Assembly (NCBI GenBank): GCA_028023455.1
Contig: JAQFVV010000009.1
Coordinates: 4,092,001-4,156,000, forward strand
Direction of reading: 5' to 3'
Length of the DNA: 64,000 nt
Origin: Epiperipatus broadwayi
Taxonomy: Eukaryota > Animalia > Onychophora
In this document: positions 51,640-64,000 of the stretch, one piece after another
How positions within the stretch are numbered: position 1 is the stretch's first letter
Layout of the letters: each line of letters starts with the position of its first letter
The notes under the pieces: model-generated
What the model was told of the DNA's origin: nothing
Database searches by the model: none
Seen by the model: the letters and a program-made list of their open reading frames with translations, nothing else
Program-made: the position numbers and the translations under genes

Positions 51640-52370
51640 AATCCATGGCATGGAGTGAGAGTGCTGATGATGAATGAAGGTTGCTTAACTACATTATCAT
51701 GTTCCTCTCTTCTAGTATTGATGTGATGATTGCTCATACCTACATAAGAAATTTTACAAATGCCAATGAAATTTCATTTACTCCACAAGTCTCAAGAGGG
51801 ATGGAATCATTAAGCTTCGTTATAATGTTACTAATTTTTTGATAAGGAGTGAATGCTGTTTTTATATTGTAGTATTTTAGAATATATCCGAAACTGTCTG
51901 TCGTTTCTTTCATATAAGGAACCCAAATCCTAATAGTTTTTTTGTTTTGTTTCTTATTTTAATTATTTTGGGTTTAAACAAAGGTTTCGTAATTTGCGAT
52001 TTATTTCTTGAGATATGATTTATCTAAAAAGTTAATTGCTCTGCTGCTTGGAAGGCAGCTATGCTAACCGCTAGGCCATCAACACTTGAGCAGTGAAAAG
52101 AGTTTTGGTTATAGAAAAAATCTGAATTGGATAATGTGATGAAAATTATAAGTATCTGTCTCTGTGTGTCTTTTTTTCTGAAAATTGAAAATGATAGATT
52201 ATTTTGTTTCCTGATGATGAGTACTTCAAGAAAGGGAAGTTTTCCATCAGACTCATATAAATTATTTTCACTATGTTGCCTTATGATAAATGTGGCATCT
52301 ATATATCTGAGCCAAATAAAAGGTTTCAAAGGTGCTGATTCTAAAGCATGAGTTTCTATATTTTGCATAA
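51640..52370 (-). mobile_element. Penelope-like element 3' remnant (RT thumb to GIY-YIG)
   Basis: Motifs include KPFIWLRYIDATFII, E.DGKLPFLEVLI, RKKTHRDRYL and YVGMSNHHINTRREEH. Confidence 0.8.
52044..52085 (-). pseudogene. 5' portion (42 nt) of tRNA-Gly(TCC), or a tRNA-Gly-derived SINE head
   Basis: GTGTTGATGGCCTAGCGGTTAGCATAGCTGCCTTCCAAGCAG closely matches the 5' part of metazoan tRNA-Gly-TCC as I recall it, with an intact anticodon arm CTGC-CTTCCAA-GCAG. The T-arm and 3' acceptor strand are absent. Confidence 0.8.
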
Positions 52371-53934
52371 TATTTATTTTATTTTATAATATTTATTTTA
52401 TAAAGCGCAGACAGTTTGAAATTAAATTGAAAGGCTGCAAAACTTCTTGCACTTATTATAATTATAATACTTATCTGACAGCCAATCAGATGTTATGATG
52501 GCTGTCAGATAAGCATTATATTTTCCATAAATAAACCAACTATAACTCCTGAGATAAGTGAATCCATAGGAATAACAAAGTTTGTAATGTTGTCCATTTT
52601 ATATGAAATATGTGTTTGAAAGGCAATGTTTACTTAAGACAATAATATAGTCTGGCAAATTGCAATATTGAAAATTATATTTAAAATTTCATCAATTGGA
52701 ACCTTTATAACAAAGAAACAATATCAAAACTAATAAAAGTATCATTTGTATTAATTTATAATTTTTTTAAAATAGAAACAAAATGTATAGAGTTTTTAAT
52801 ATACGATTTAATAGATGGAATTATAGATATTAAATCAAATAAATACCTAGCTAAAATGTGAATGGGATATCTTATTATAGCATTAACTATTGGTCATGGA
52901 GTGAGGGAGGGAGGTATTTTCTTTGTATATTTTTTGGAGTCCATAGAATTTTGGAGCGACATAAGATTTTTCATGAGGAATTATTTTAGTTTCTTTATGT
53001 CTTTTAAAATTGGTGATTTATTATAATTGTTTTAATTGTTTTTTTCTAAAAAATGCAATATGATTTTTTTTTTTATTTTTGTATAAACATGTCACAGTTC
53101 ATAACAGTATATTTATAATCAAAATCATACACGGGTGAATCTGCAAAATATATCATATACATATAAATATTCATTTATGTGAAAATCTATTTAAAATAAT
53201 ACTAAGTTGCAGTTAAAAATAATATTCCAAATATTTTTTAAATGACAAATAATAAATTACACTTAAAATACACAAGAATCTACTGTGAAACTCTTTCTCT
53301 ATAAAAAAAAAAAGAGAGAGAGAAAGAGAGAGAAACCCTAGATTTATTTTTTACTTACATTTCCTTAAGCTGTTCTAATAATAAATTTTATTAACAAAAA
53401 ACGTTTATGAACATACTTTGTTAACTTCTACATTATATATGATAATTTTCATTACCAGATTATCCTTTATTTATAGCAACAGAATTTTATGCAGAATCAT
53501 TTAACAATATGAATTAATATAACTATTATTAATTTCTCTCTTTCTTTTTTTTTATCTCTGCTTAATTTCCTCTTTAAGCCCAAATGTGTATATATATTAT
53601 CAAATGCAATATTAATTTCACATTTATTTACAGTAGAAGTTTCAAAATTATTTGACCTACCACATCCTTTTCAGAAAAAAAAACTCATACAGAAAGATAT
53701 AGGTACAAATTTGCATTTTTTTTCAGCTATCAATATTTCTACTATGTCCTACAATGTAATAAAGACAAAGGTTGTAAATAAAACATCTTGAAACTTAAAA
53801 ATTATATTATTTTTTAAAATCAATAATAGTAAGATTTGCATTACATCAAGAAAATTAAGATAATAAAGGATAATATTAAAATAAAAATCACAAACAACAT
53901 TAAAAATAATTCTGATGAGAAAGATAAACCTACT

Positions 53935-56100
53935 GCACTACTCTCAATCTATTAATGTTCATTTTTATTTTTGTCAGAAGCATTCTTAAATCATTATTAT
54001 TAACTATTTACAGACTGTTTCTCTTTTTAGTTAATTGATTTGTGACCCCACTGAACCCAGATTCCATTAAATATGGTGAAGGATAAAGTGTACATAATTG
54101 CTTTTGCAGTCAAAATTATTGATAGCTGTTTTTAAATTTAAAATTTAATTCCTCGTTTGATTTTACTTCTATCAATTCTACTTGTCATATTAAAGATTCT
54201 ATTATATTTTTACTTAAGATTCAAAACCAAACAATTTACTGTCATTTTAAGAAAATCTTCAAATCATTGGTGTGAAGTCATAATAAAAAGCCTCCAAGTA
54301 CTGACAATAGATAAATATGTCTTCATCATGTTTTCCTACAGTTGATAAATTTGGAAAACTGACTTAATTCAAATTGCCCTTTAGACAAAAAAAGTTATGC
54401 CACAAACAAGATAATAAGTTTTAGTTTTGATTAAATTCAACTTATCATCTCCGAGCTGTAGATTTGTTTCATTAAATTTATTAAACAAGCCTATTGAGTA
54501 AACCGTTATTTTTGGAATCAAGCAAGTAAGCTCATAAAACATCATCTTTATTTTCTAGGAACTCTATGACAAGAGTCAAAGATTTGATAAAACCAATCCA
54601 AACAAGCACTTTTTGATAGTCAACAAACTTTTGTATGCAGAAGTGATTAAATTCTCTATGTCATTTTCAAAATAAAATTGTTCCAAGCAATCTGTCATTC
54701 AATGGATTACTTTTAATTTTGTTGATTGCTTTAATGACATAATACAATGAACTGTGCAGGTATTAATTCAGATTTTTGGCAACTAAATGTTGCCAATGAA
54801 TGCTACAACATACAGAAAATATATCCAGAATCTTTTGGAAAAAAATCTCTGGAGCTACATCATAAGTAATTAATATTACTAAAGAAATTTCTTTTCCTTT
54901 TACAAAATGTTATTCTAATGCATGAAATATTAATTCTCCTATAATATCAAATAATTCTTGGCAATTTATTTTTTATTTTTTATGAGTTACAAATATGTTA
55001 AAATTAAGTCATTTCCTGACAAAACTGACTCATTAAACTGTATAAAGAATTAATATATTTGGTTCTTGTGACTTACGCCCAATGTGGCCATTTGATGGCA
55101 TTGTTACTTGCAAAAATAATGAAATGTAACATTACCGGGCCGATAATTTTTTGTTTTCTGTTCTCCAACAATTTTTCAAAGAATTTTTAAAAAATTTACG
55201 AACCGACATTATTTTCTAAATTACATTTTTTAATTACATTATACATTTGAGCACATAGTAGACATGCAGGGGTCCAATGGTTTAAACGATCCAAAGGATC
55301 GGCCAATACATGCACTAGTCTGATCAAACCAAGATTATGATTTCCAAAACAACGAGAGCCATTTCATTATCCTTGTAGCTGTTCTCCGGCAAATGTGCCT
55401 TTTCGCATGACTAATGTGAAATGGTTCTGGGACATACTCTTTTGCAATTGTTTTCATCTTCCAAGATGTGTAGGAAAACCCACAACAGACTTACAATTAT
55501 TAGTATGTAAAAGTACGTCAGGTAAGGTATAAGATCGTTACTTCCAAAGCACATAAAAATACTTATGGCCAGTTGAATTCCATACACCCTCACATCCTAC
55601 GGTAGCAATCTGTGAAGTGTGCGCTATTTCCATAGTGATGTGAAGCACAGTGTGCAACGCCATCTAGGCCTGCTAACGACTAGTATGAACAGAACTGTTC
55701 TATAGGCTGTAAGTTAGGCCGCATAAACGGCATATTTCTGTGCTTTTGCAGAGAAAGAAATGCCATCAAGCAGCCACATTGGGCATAAGTCACAACTACC
55801 ATATATTTTTAAATACTCCCTTAATGAGTTGCAATATCTTGAGTCATTTCATCAATTCTTTGTTTTTTATAACTTTTTAAAGAAATTTTCTTGGTAATAC
55901 CAAAAGCTGACTTGTTATAGCATAGTCAATATTACCTCATTCAAAGCCAGAAGAATTAGCCCTTCACCAATAATATATGCTTTGCAGATTAAATAATCAA
56001 TAATGAAATGTTGTAAAAAACATACAATCTACTATCATCTTGTTATTGAAAAGAATTTTGCCAATGTTGGCTGTGTCAAATTTTTTTCTTTAAGTGCATG
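53935..56100 (-). mobile_element. hAT (Charlie/SCAN-ZBED type) transposase remnant
   Basis: Minus strand motifs include KAYIIGEGLIL (~55950), SVCCSIHWQHL (~54790), FNETNLQLGDDKLNLIKTK (~54430-54480) and PSPYLMESGFSGV..LTKKRNSL (dimerisation domain, ~54020-54085). Confidence 0.8.
55061..55800. mobile_element. 740-bp TIR DNA transposon nested in the hAT remnant, 8-bp TSD ATATATTT (Merlin-like, tentative)
   Basis: ~42-bp TIRs (GGT..TTGTGACTTA(C/T)GCCCAATGTGGC...GATGGCATT) lie at 55061-55102 and 55759-55800. ATATATTT occurs at 55053-55060 and 55801-55808. Confidence 0.75.
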
Positions 56101-56725
56101 AAAATAAGATAAATCTTTTATTTTTCTTATCAGCACAAACTTTTGTCAAAATTACCTACAGTCTTGAAAATTACAAAGCTTCATATGATCAAATTGTTGG
56201 ATAACAGATACAGTGAGAATGTATTGTTTGTAAATGAATGAATAAAATCATAAAGCAAAAATTTAATAATATTGCCTACATTTTTTTAAAAGTTCAACCA
56301 GAATATTATCTATAAAAAAGTACAATTTATATGTTTATTTATAATAACACAGAAATATCAATATATAATAATTTATATGATTGAAAAAATGCAATTTCTC
56401 TTGCCAGAACTAATTTTTTTTGCAATACTTATTAGAATAGAATTCATGACACTAGGTATACATTGTTTTTTTGCATAAAAGGGCTAAAGTATACAAACTA
56501 AAATATTAATAAAATTAATAAATTGGGTTTTGTTCTTTATTCAGTATTATTTGTATGTATTTGATATTAAATTATCAAATATTAAACTAAATTTATTAAA
56601 AAATAATTTAAAAAATACATCAATATGCAATTAAAAATCAGCTAATAATTTTAATTTAGCTCACCATTATTTAAATACTTTTTCCTTATTAATACATGCC
56701 TTATTTACCAATTAATACAAATGAT

Positions 56726-57107
56726 CACATGATCACCACTTCTTATGCTAGCACATAACTGTTATTAAAACAGGCAAAACTCTCCATACAGTAGTGCCAC
56801 TCAGTGCCAACCAGAGTAATCAATGGATATCAGAAGGCCTGTGCGTAAAATCCCCATCTAATGCCTACTCATCCAATATCCCCAGACTACTTTCTGGCTG
56901 CTGGAGGGTTGCAATAGATCCTAAGATCTAGGTACAGTGCTCTCAGATCCAAAGCTCCTCATTGACAAAGGCCACAAGCCAGAAACTAGTCTGGTGATAT
57001 TGGATGAATAGGCACTAGATGGGGATTTTATGCACAAGCCTTCTGGCATCCATTGATTACTCTGGTTGGCACTGAGTAGCACTAGTGTATGGAGACTTTT
57101 GCCTCTT
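56726..57107. mobile_element. Second locus of the hammerhead-bearing repeat family, inverted + direct copy, 14-bp TSD TTAATACAAATGAT
   Basis: Palindromic arms lie at 56762-56899 and 56977-57114. The spacer carries GATCCAAAGCTCCTCA-TTGACAA-AGGCCACAAGCCA-GAAACTAGTC-TGGTGATATTGGAT. The TSD is at 56712-56725 and 57108-57121. Confidence 0.85.
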
Positions 57108-60100
57108 TTAATACAAATGATTTAATAGATATAAATAAATGGAAATGGTTATGATTTCATTCTTTTGGTTATGTTAATATTGTAATAAAAAATATAACAT
57201 AAAATTGACTGTATACTTCAAATGGTATTATACCAACACAGAGTTGCTATGATTTTATTATTAGTAAGCAGAAGACACAGCAACATATAGTACATATACA
57301 AAAATTTTTTTATAAAAAATATATAACAATATTATTTGCTTTATATATTGTCCATAAATTTATAAAATTTGAAGTATAGCACATGAATTAAATTTTTTAA
57401 CTATTTATTGTACTCCAGAATGATTAAATGCTTGTTACACAATTTAGAAATAATCTAAATTAGATTTCATACATATTGTTTAATTATAAGATCATATTAT
57501 AAACAAATTACTATATGCATATATTCCTGTTAATGTGTACTGGATTTCCTGATAATGCATGGTATGCTACCTGCCAACACTTGCTTGTTAGACAGCCTTA
57601 ACTAATGATCAGCTATAACTTAAGTTTTAGACATTTATATCACCCAACAGATGAAATGTATATAAATAATTTTTCAAAATTTTCTTGTTTTAACTTTTTT
57701 ATTTCATCCCTTTATTTCTAACAACACCTCCAATTACATCACTATTTTTCTGGATTGTTCCACATCCCCTAGGGATTGATATCAACCACTTTGGAAAGTA
57801 CTAGTTTGGACATTGTTATACTTTTAAGATTTGGCATTAAATAAGCTCTTTCCAAATTTTTTTTATTTTTTTTTTAAGTATAATTATAATATTTATTCAT
57901 CATTCAAACTTTCAAGTTTTTATTTGCTCTATAAGTTATTTGTAATTGAATTCCTTCAAAAAAAAAAAATCTTCAAGCAGATTAAACTATAATAAAATTT
58001 AGTAATTTTATTTTAATTAATTTAAAAATATATAATTAAATGATTCAATATTCTAATATATACAAAATAAAAATTAAATAAAATTCTATGAATTATATCT
58101 TGGGAAAAAAAATATTTGTGGAAGTAAATTGCTCTGGTTTATTTTTAATGAAAAACTGAATAAACACTTGTTCTGATATAATCAAATTATATATTTAAAA
58201 TTAAATAAAATGTAAATAAGTTGGGAACATTGTAGAGTAAGAATGTTTTTCAATGATTTATTTATTCATAAATGATATACATCTTCCAGTAATAATAAAA
58301 AAAACTATAATATTCATAGTTCAATCATAAAAATATCTATAATTGTTTACTTTTCTGATTCCTTGTTTATTTTTTACTTCAGTGAATAAATATTTAGTTT
58401 ACTAATGCCAAGGTATTTTAATATTACTATATTTACACTGTTCATATTTATATTAATTTGTGACCTAACCAACTATTAAATTACAGTAGTTAGTCAGGTA
58501 ATTAATAAATAATTAAATTATTAAAAATCCATACATTTATTTTTCATAAAAGTAAATGCAACTCAAAATGCTATATATAATAATAAAATCACTTCTTGAT
58601 ATTACTGGCAGATATCTTTTTTTCTTCATCTTTTTTTTCTAAAATCATTAAACACAAGCAATTCATTACTGTCATCCAATGTTCACAATGAAACTTTAAT
58701 AACTTGCACTCTTTTTATTAATATTAATAGCCTCACATGCAGCAAATTGTAAAGTAACAGTTTAAAAATTATTTAAGGTACTTCAACATATTTTTCTTTC
58801 CTAGAAGATATAAATCATTGTTTAAACTGAAATCTAATACAGTAGTAAAAAGAAAATTGAGTCATAGTTTGTAAAAAATAAATCTATTCAGAAAACTTTT
58901 AACTTTATCATTGTATTCTGTAGTTAAATAATAAACTAATTGTATATAATTATTTGAATTTATATATATATATATACATATTTAAAAAGAAGTTCAATTT
59001 CTTTTTAAAATATATCAAAATAATAATATTTAACTGATATTATTGGTATATACTTTTTCTAAAATCATTAAATAGTAAGCAATTCATTATTGCTATCTAT
59101 TACTCATAATGAGTTATATATTTAAAAGTATAAATTATATTTTGACAATTCTAACAGAAAAGATATTTAGAATTACTTTTGATCACTAAATGCATACATA
59201 CTTATGAATTTTCATTATAAAATATTGTGTACAAAATTAGAAAGTTGGATTGCAGCCCACTAAATCAGCATACAAGATTCAGAAATGGATTTTAAACCTA
59301 GGATCATTCACAAATAAAAAAAATAATAACAGCATAATTCGTAGATGTCGTGAATATAAGTTTCTTTTCTATTTAGATTTCTTTGACTATGAAAAGACAC
59401 TATTAAAAAAAAAATTACAAGAATGCCACATCATTGATAAAGTTACAAAAACATACTGAACACTTAAAATATACAATGTCTCTAAAAAATTTTACTGATT
59501 AGTTCTCACATTCACAATCACCTTAACCTAAAAATTTCTATTGATATTATGGTTTTCATAACAAATACCCACAAAACTTCAAAAATTAAATTTGAACCAG
59601 TTTGTTCAAGTTATACGTCTGATATATTACTGTAGCCACGAACAGCTGGTTTTTAAATTTATTTATACCAAAAAAAGAAAACATAATAAGTGTTAAATTT
59701 GTTGATGCATACATTAATAATTAACACTAGTATTAAGGAATTTAACTAAGGTTTGTAATGGATTACGAATGATATGCAACACATTGATTATAATTTATTT
59801 TAGTTCTTAAATATAGATTAAATAAACATAAGTACAATGAATGACACACGGAGATGGGTAACAATGATGAGCAAGTATGAGAACAGAATCTCATCTGATG
59901 CACTATAATTTAAGTGTTTATTACAAATTTAATAATCTACGGTCTATTCGTACCTTATTTTACTATGCCCTCCCTATTATGTTTGCAACGGTTAAGTCGG
60001 CGCAAGAATGATGATTTATCACCATAACATTTAATATAGATCATTCAATAATGTTTAATGAGCTGCAATAGGCTCTCTCTTTTCAGATTATATTTGTACA

Positions 60101-61259
60101 AAACCAGACTACATATTCTGATCAATGTTGAAATCTTATTACATTCACCCCCTCCCCTCAAATTTTATTCATAGAATCAATCTCTGATCTGACCTGGGCA
60201 TAGCATAAATTATCATGTAAACATATATAAAACAAATATTAGCAAGTAATAGAATAATGACTGAATAAGTTATTATTTAACAAGCATTTATAGTTTTAGA
60301 ATTTAATTTAAGAAATAGGCAAGTTTTTATTTTTAAAATACATTTTAAATTTGAATCCCAAGTTTCATTAATTGTTTACAAGTGGTTTTCTAAGAATGTA
60401 CAATTTTTTTTTATAAAAACAGATAACTTTTTTTAAAAAGAGTTTAAGTTTGTAAACATTTTATTATGTATGTGTGTGAGACTATCCCAGGAATTGAAAT
60501 TTATATATCAATGCATTTAAATAGTTTTTAACTGATATTTCAAATTTACATTAATTTAAAAGAGTTGTAATGCTTCTTTAAATCTATTGCATTACGGCTT
60601 CTCTCACATATAATAATGTTCACACAATTTAATTTAATTATATCATTTTATTAATTTTCAATTTATAACTGCGTATTCATTTTACGCATACACACATTAA
60701 TATATTACATGTGCACACATACACATTAATATACGCTATTACATATCAAAATAAATTATACTGATTATATACATGGACTGTGAGGGTTCAAACTGGTGGA
60801 AAAAATACTAAGTACTATGGAACATAGTAGGTGAAATGGGATGGTGGCTAAATAATACCGTTTCAAGCGAAACCTAAAAAAAAAGGGTAATAAGTTTTAA
60901 ATTTGTTGATGTTGTTTTAAAAAAAAAAAACAAAGTAACAAACAAAGTGCAAGCAAAAAAAAAAAAGCGTGATAAGTTTTAAATTTATGTTATTTAAAAA
61001 AAAAAAGCGAAATCCAAAAAAAAAAGCGTACTAACTTTAGGATTTATTTTTTAAACAAAAATAGAAAAACAAAAATACAACCGTAATAAGTTAAAAATTT
61101 GTTGATGATAATAAGAAAAGCGCACTAAGTTTTACATTAAAAAAAAAAAGATCTTTAAAACTACAAATTCTGTGTTTGATTTTTTTTTTTGTTTTAAATT
61201 TGTTTAGGCTAATAAAAAAAAATAATTAAAAAGTACAAATTCTGTGTTTTTTTTTTTTT

Positions 61260-61467
61260 TTTTATAAGAAAGAAAATCTAAAAAAAATATAGCCTGGAAA
61301 CGTTCATATTTTAAAGTTTTTGCGTAGCAAGAACGTCATTATGCGGCATGTAGGTCTTGTGGTTTTTTTTTATAAGAAAGAAAATCCAAAAAAAAAATAT
61401 TGCCTGGAAACGTTCATATTTTAAAGTTTTTGCATAGCAAGAACGTCATCATGCGGCATGTGGGTCT
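61260..61467. repeat. 108-bp tandem duplication
   Basis: tataagaaagaaaatc...gcctggaaacgttcat...gcggcatgt.ggtct starts at 61263 and 61371. Confidence 0.9.
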
Positions 61468-61733
61468 AATCAGCTATTACCCCTGGATCTTTACGAAAAA
61501 ATATATAATAGACATTTGCAGGGAAATATAGAAAAGATTCAAATATTTTTATTAATTGCTAAAGAATGTCTACAAATTACATGATTTAATGTTACATGTA
61601 AAGCAGTATAAAGCCTAGAACTCTTACAAAAAAAAAAAAATTTTGTTAATATCTACTTTGACAAAATATCTGAAAAAATATGTAAAAAAAAAAGTTCCAT
61701 ATTAATTATAAATTATTTTATTTTTTTAGGAAG

Positions 61734-62345
61734 TTAATAAAGCATGTTAAATTTTATATATATAGTCAGATCATGCTTAAAAAACTTTATCAGTGAACTC
61801 GTTCCCTATCATCTCATAAATCTCAGCATGGAAACTTTTGACACATCACACTTCTCATCTGTATCTACACTCCATAAAAATGACTATGAAAGTTATTGGA
61901 ATTCCTCGTAATATATCTTATATTAAAGCTAATATAGAAATCAACAATATAATCAGGTTTAAAATGTCAATTATATTATATCTGCCATTATATTTTGATT
62001 AAAAAAAATATTTTAACAAATCAAAATTATTACTTTATTTTTTTATAAAATTAATAAAGCATGTTAAATTATATAGTATATATATAGTCAGATATATATA
62101 TGCTTAAAAACTTTATCAGTGCAATAGTTCCCTAATTTCTCCTCATAAATTTCTGCATGGAAACTTTTGCCACATTATACTTCTCATCTATACTTACACC
62201 CCATAAAAATGATTAAGAAAGTTATTGGAATTCCTCGTAATCTATCTTACCTTAAAGCTAATATAGAAATCAACAATATAATCAGGTTTAAAATATCAAC
62301 TATATTATATCTGCCTATATTTTAACAAACCAAAAAGTTACTATA
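61734..62345. repeat. ~317-bp diverged tandem duplication
   Basis: ttaataaagcatgttaaatt starts at 61734 and 62051, and the copies are colinear to ...ttttaacaaa.caaaa. Confidence 0.9.
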
Positions 62346-64000
62346 ATCCATAAAACCATATCTAGATATCTCCAAAGAACTTCCATAAAATTAATGTTCT
62401 GGAAAATATTTAGAACTCCATTTTATCAGTTGAAAAGTCTAGCTAGGTGGATCCCAAATCATAATCACCATTTATTATTGCAGTGGCATTGATATTTGAT
62501 ATTCCCACTAAAACCATCTGTAATTTAAATATAACCATGGCAGCCAAATCTTTTAACCCATTCAAATAATCTTGCATTTCACAATCTCATTGATATCCTA
62601 TCACATATCAATCTTGATGAAAAGTATCCACAATAAAGTAGTCTGCAAAATTTTAATCTCGGCTAGATAAGCCCTTCAAATACATGAATTAACTTACAGC
62701 ATACATTATTATCATTATACAGTCATCAAATTTATCAATAGATATTTAACAGAAGTTACATAATAACAATCTAAATAAATATAAAATATTTGTCATTTGA
62801 TAACATATGGTATTGTTAAACAGAAAAAATGAAACAATTATATACATTTTGGATTAATGCTACATTTTTGATAATTACTATGGAGAATAATTGTTTCATT
62901 CTCATTTAATAACAAAAGCAAATAACAGTAATTATTTTTGAGGTTTATATAAATGACTTGATATAGGTAGGTTTCCAAAGATATCACTCTTCATTTTTAT
63001 CCAATTTTCACTACTAAGAATCATTATTTCTGTTACAATGATTAAAATTCGCCACAAATCCATTATGAAAACTTTTTAGACTCAAGAAAAAAATCTGCCT
63101 TTTATAATATATTATTTAATATATTCAAATAGTTCAGCCATACCAATAATCCAATTATCCTAAATCTGATCTTAAAAAGAAATGTGTATATACATCACTT
63201 CTTAGCACATGGTATTAGTTATCATGACCACAAAACTTTTAAAAATATTTTTGTTTATGATCATATGTATGTTGAATAGCTAAGTTATGTATTTTATCAA
63301 AAATTCATCTGATCTTTAAAATAATCTGATGTTTGAATTAATTTAATGCCTATAAGAAGAAATCCCAAACTACAGTTCACAGATATTACTCGATTCACAA
63401 TTGTTACCTGGTATTTGTTCCTTATGAAAGAAATTTACATAATAAACAAAGAAAAAATAATAATAATTGAAATACAAAAAATTATTATAAATTTTCTCAT
63501 TTATTTTAATTTTTTAATATATTCCAAATTTTTAATGAATATAAGAAATGATTATTATCATAAATAAAGTTATTACATATTGGGTTTGTGATACATATTA
63601 AAATTTAATTGTTTTGCTTTGGTAAGCCAAATAATTTGAGAAAAAATGTGGACTGTCCAAAATTAATTCCACTCTTAGAAAATGAATTCTCATACAATTT
63701 ACAAAAATCCACAATGTATTTATTTATTCAATAATTAAAAATTTCATTTTTATTGCATGCAGTATTTTGTTTTTGATCATTATATAAAACAAGTATTTTG
63801 TTATTCACTAAACATCACTGACTAAAACAAAGTAAAAAATTAAATAAAACTTTACAGGTATTTAAAGATATGTTTTAAAACTGAATAATTTTTAAATGAA
63901 AAAGATTTTTCTTTGAAATTTAATATTAAAATAATTGCAAAATATTTAATGAATTAGACAATTTTTTTTTGTAACAATAATAAATGTACATACCTCACAT

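Noticed and set aside
52044-52085. Functional tRNA-Gly gene
   Set aside because: It lacks the variable loop, T-arm (B box) and 3' acceptor strand.
55200-55450. Tc1/mariner WP..SPDLNP-like reading
   Set aside because: It needs several frameshifts, and the 8-bp TSD with GG-ended TIRs does not fit TA-duplicating Tc1/mariner.
950-63567. Most short ORFs in the supplied track
   Set aside because: They are AT-rich or low-complexity frames, antisense shadows, or pieces of decayed TEs. None forms an independent gene. The 20310..20594 ORF only overlaps the real Ect2 exon.

Overview
This is an AT-rich, CpG-poor metazoan (probably arthropod) window. Most of it is intron of one minus-strand host gene, the RhoGEF Ect2/pebble. 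Three small exons are recognisable (38318-38399, 20559-20637, 9700-9819; end of DH domain to start of PH domain), separated by 17.7 kb and 10.7 kb introns. The rest is mostly decayed transposable elements: a full-length Penelope-like element (PLE) with pseudo-LTRs and a 13-bp TSD, other PLE remnants, a Ty3/Gypsy element with ~1.9-kb LTRs, RTE and L1/Tx1-like LINEs, a hAT remnant with a nested TIR element, MITE-like hairpins and tandem duplications. The most interesting signal is a set of PLE-type insertions. One is a non-coding ~420-bp repeat whose consensus forms a minimal type I hammerhead ribozyme, present at two loci as inverted-plus-direct arrays (one with a 14-bp TSD). Another is an atypical U3-A8 hammerhead-like motif in both PLE pseudo-LTRs. 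A third is an unrelated ~1-kb tandem-then-palindromic element, also with a 14-bp TSD. All alignments, translations and folds were done by eye, and many remnant boundaries are approximate.
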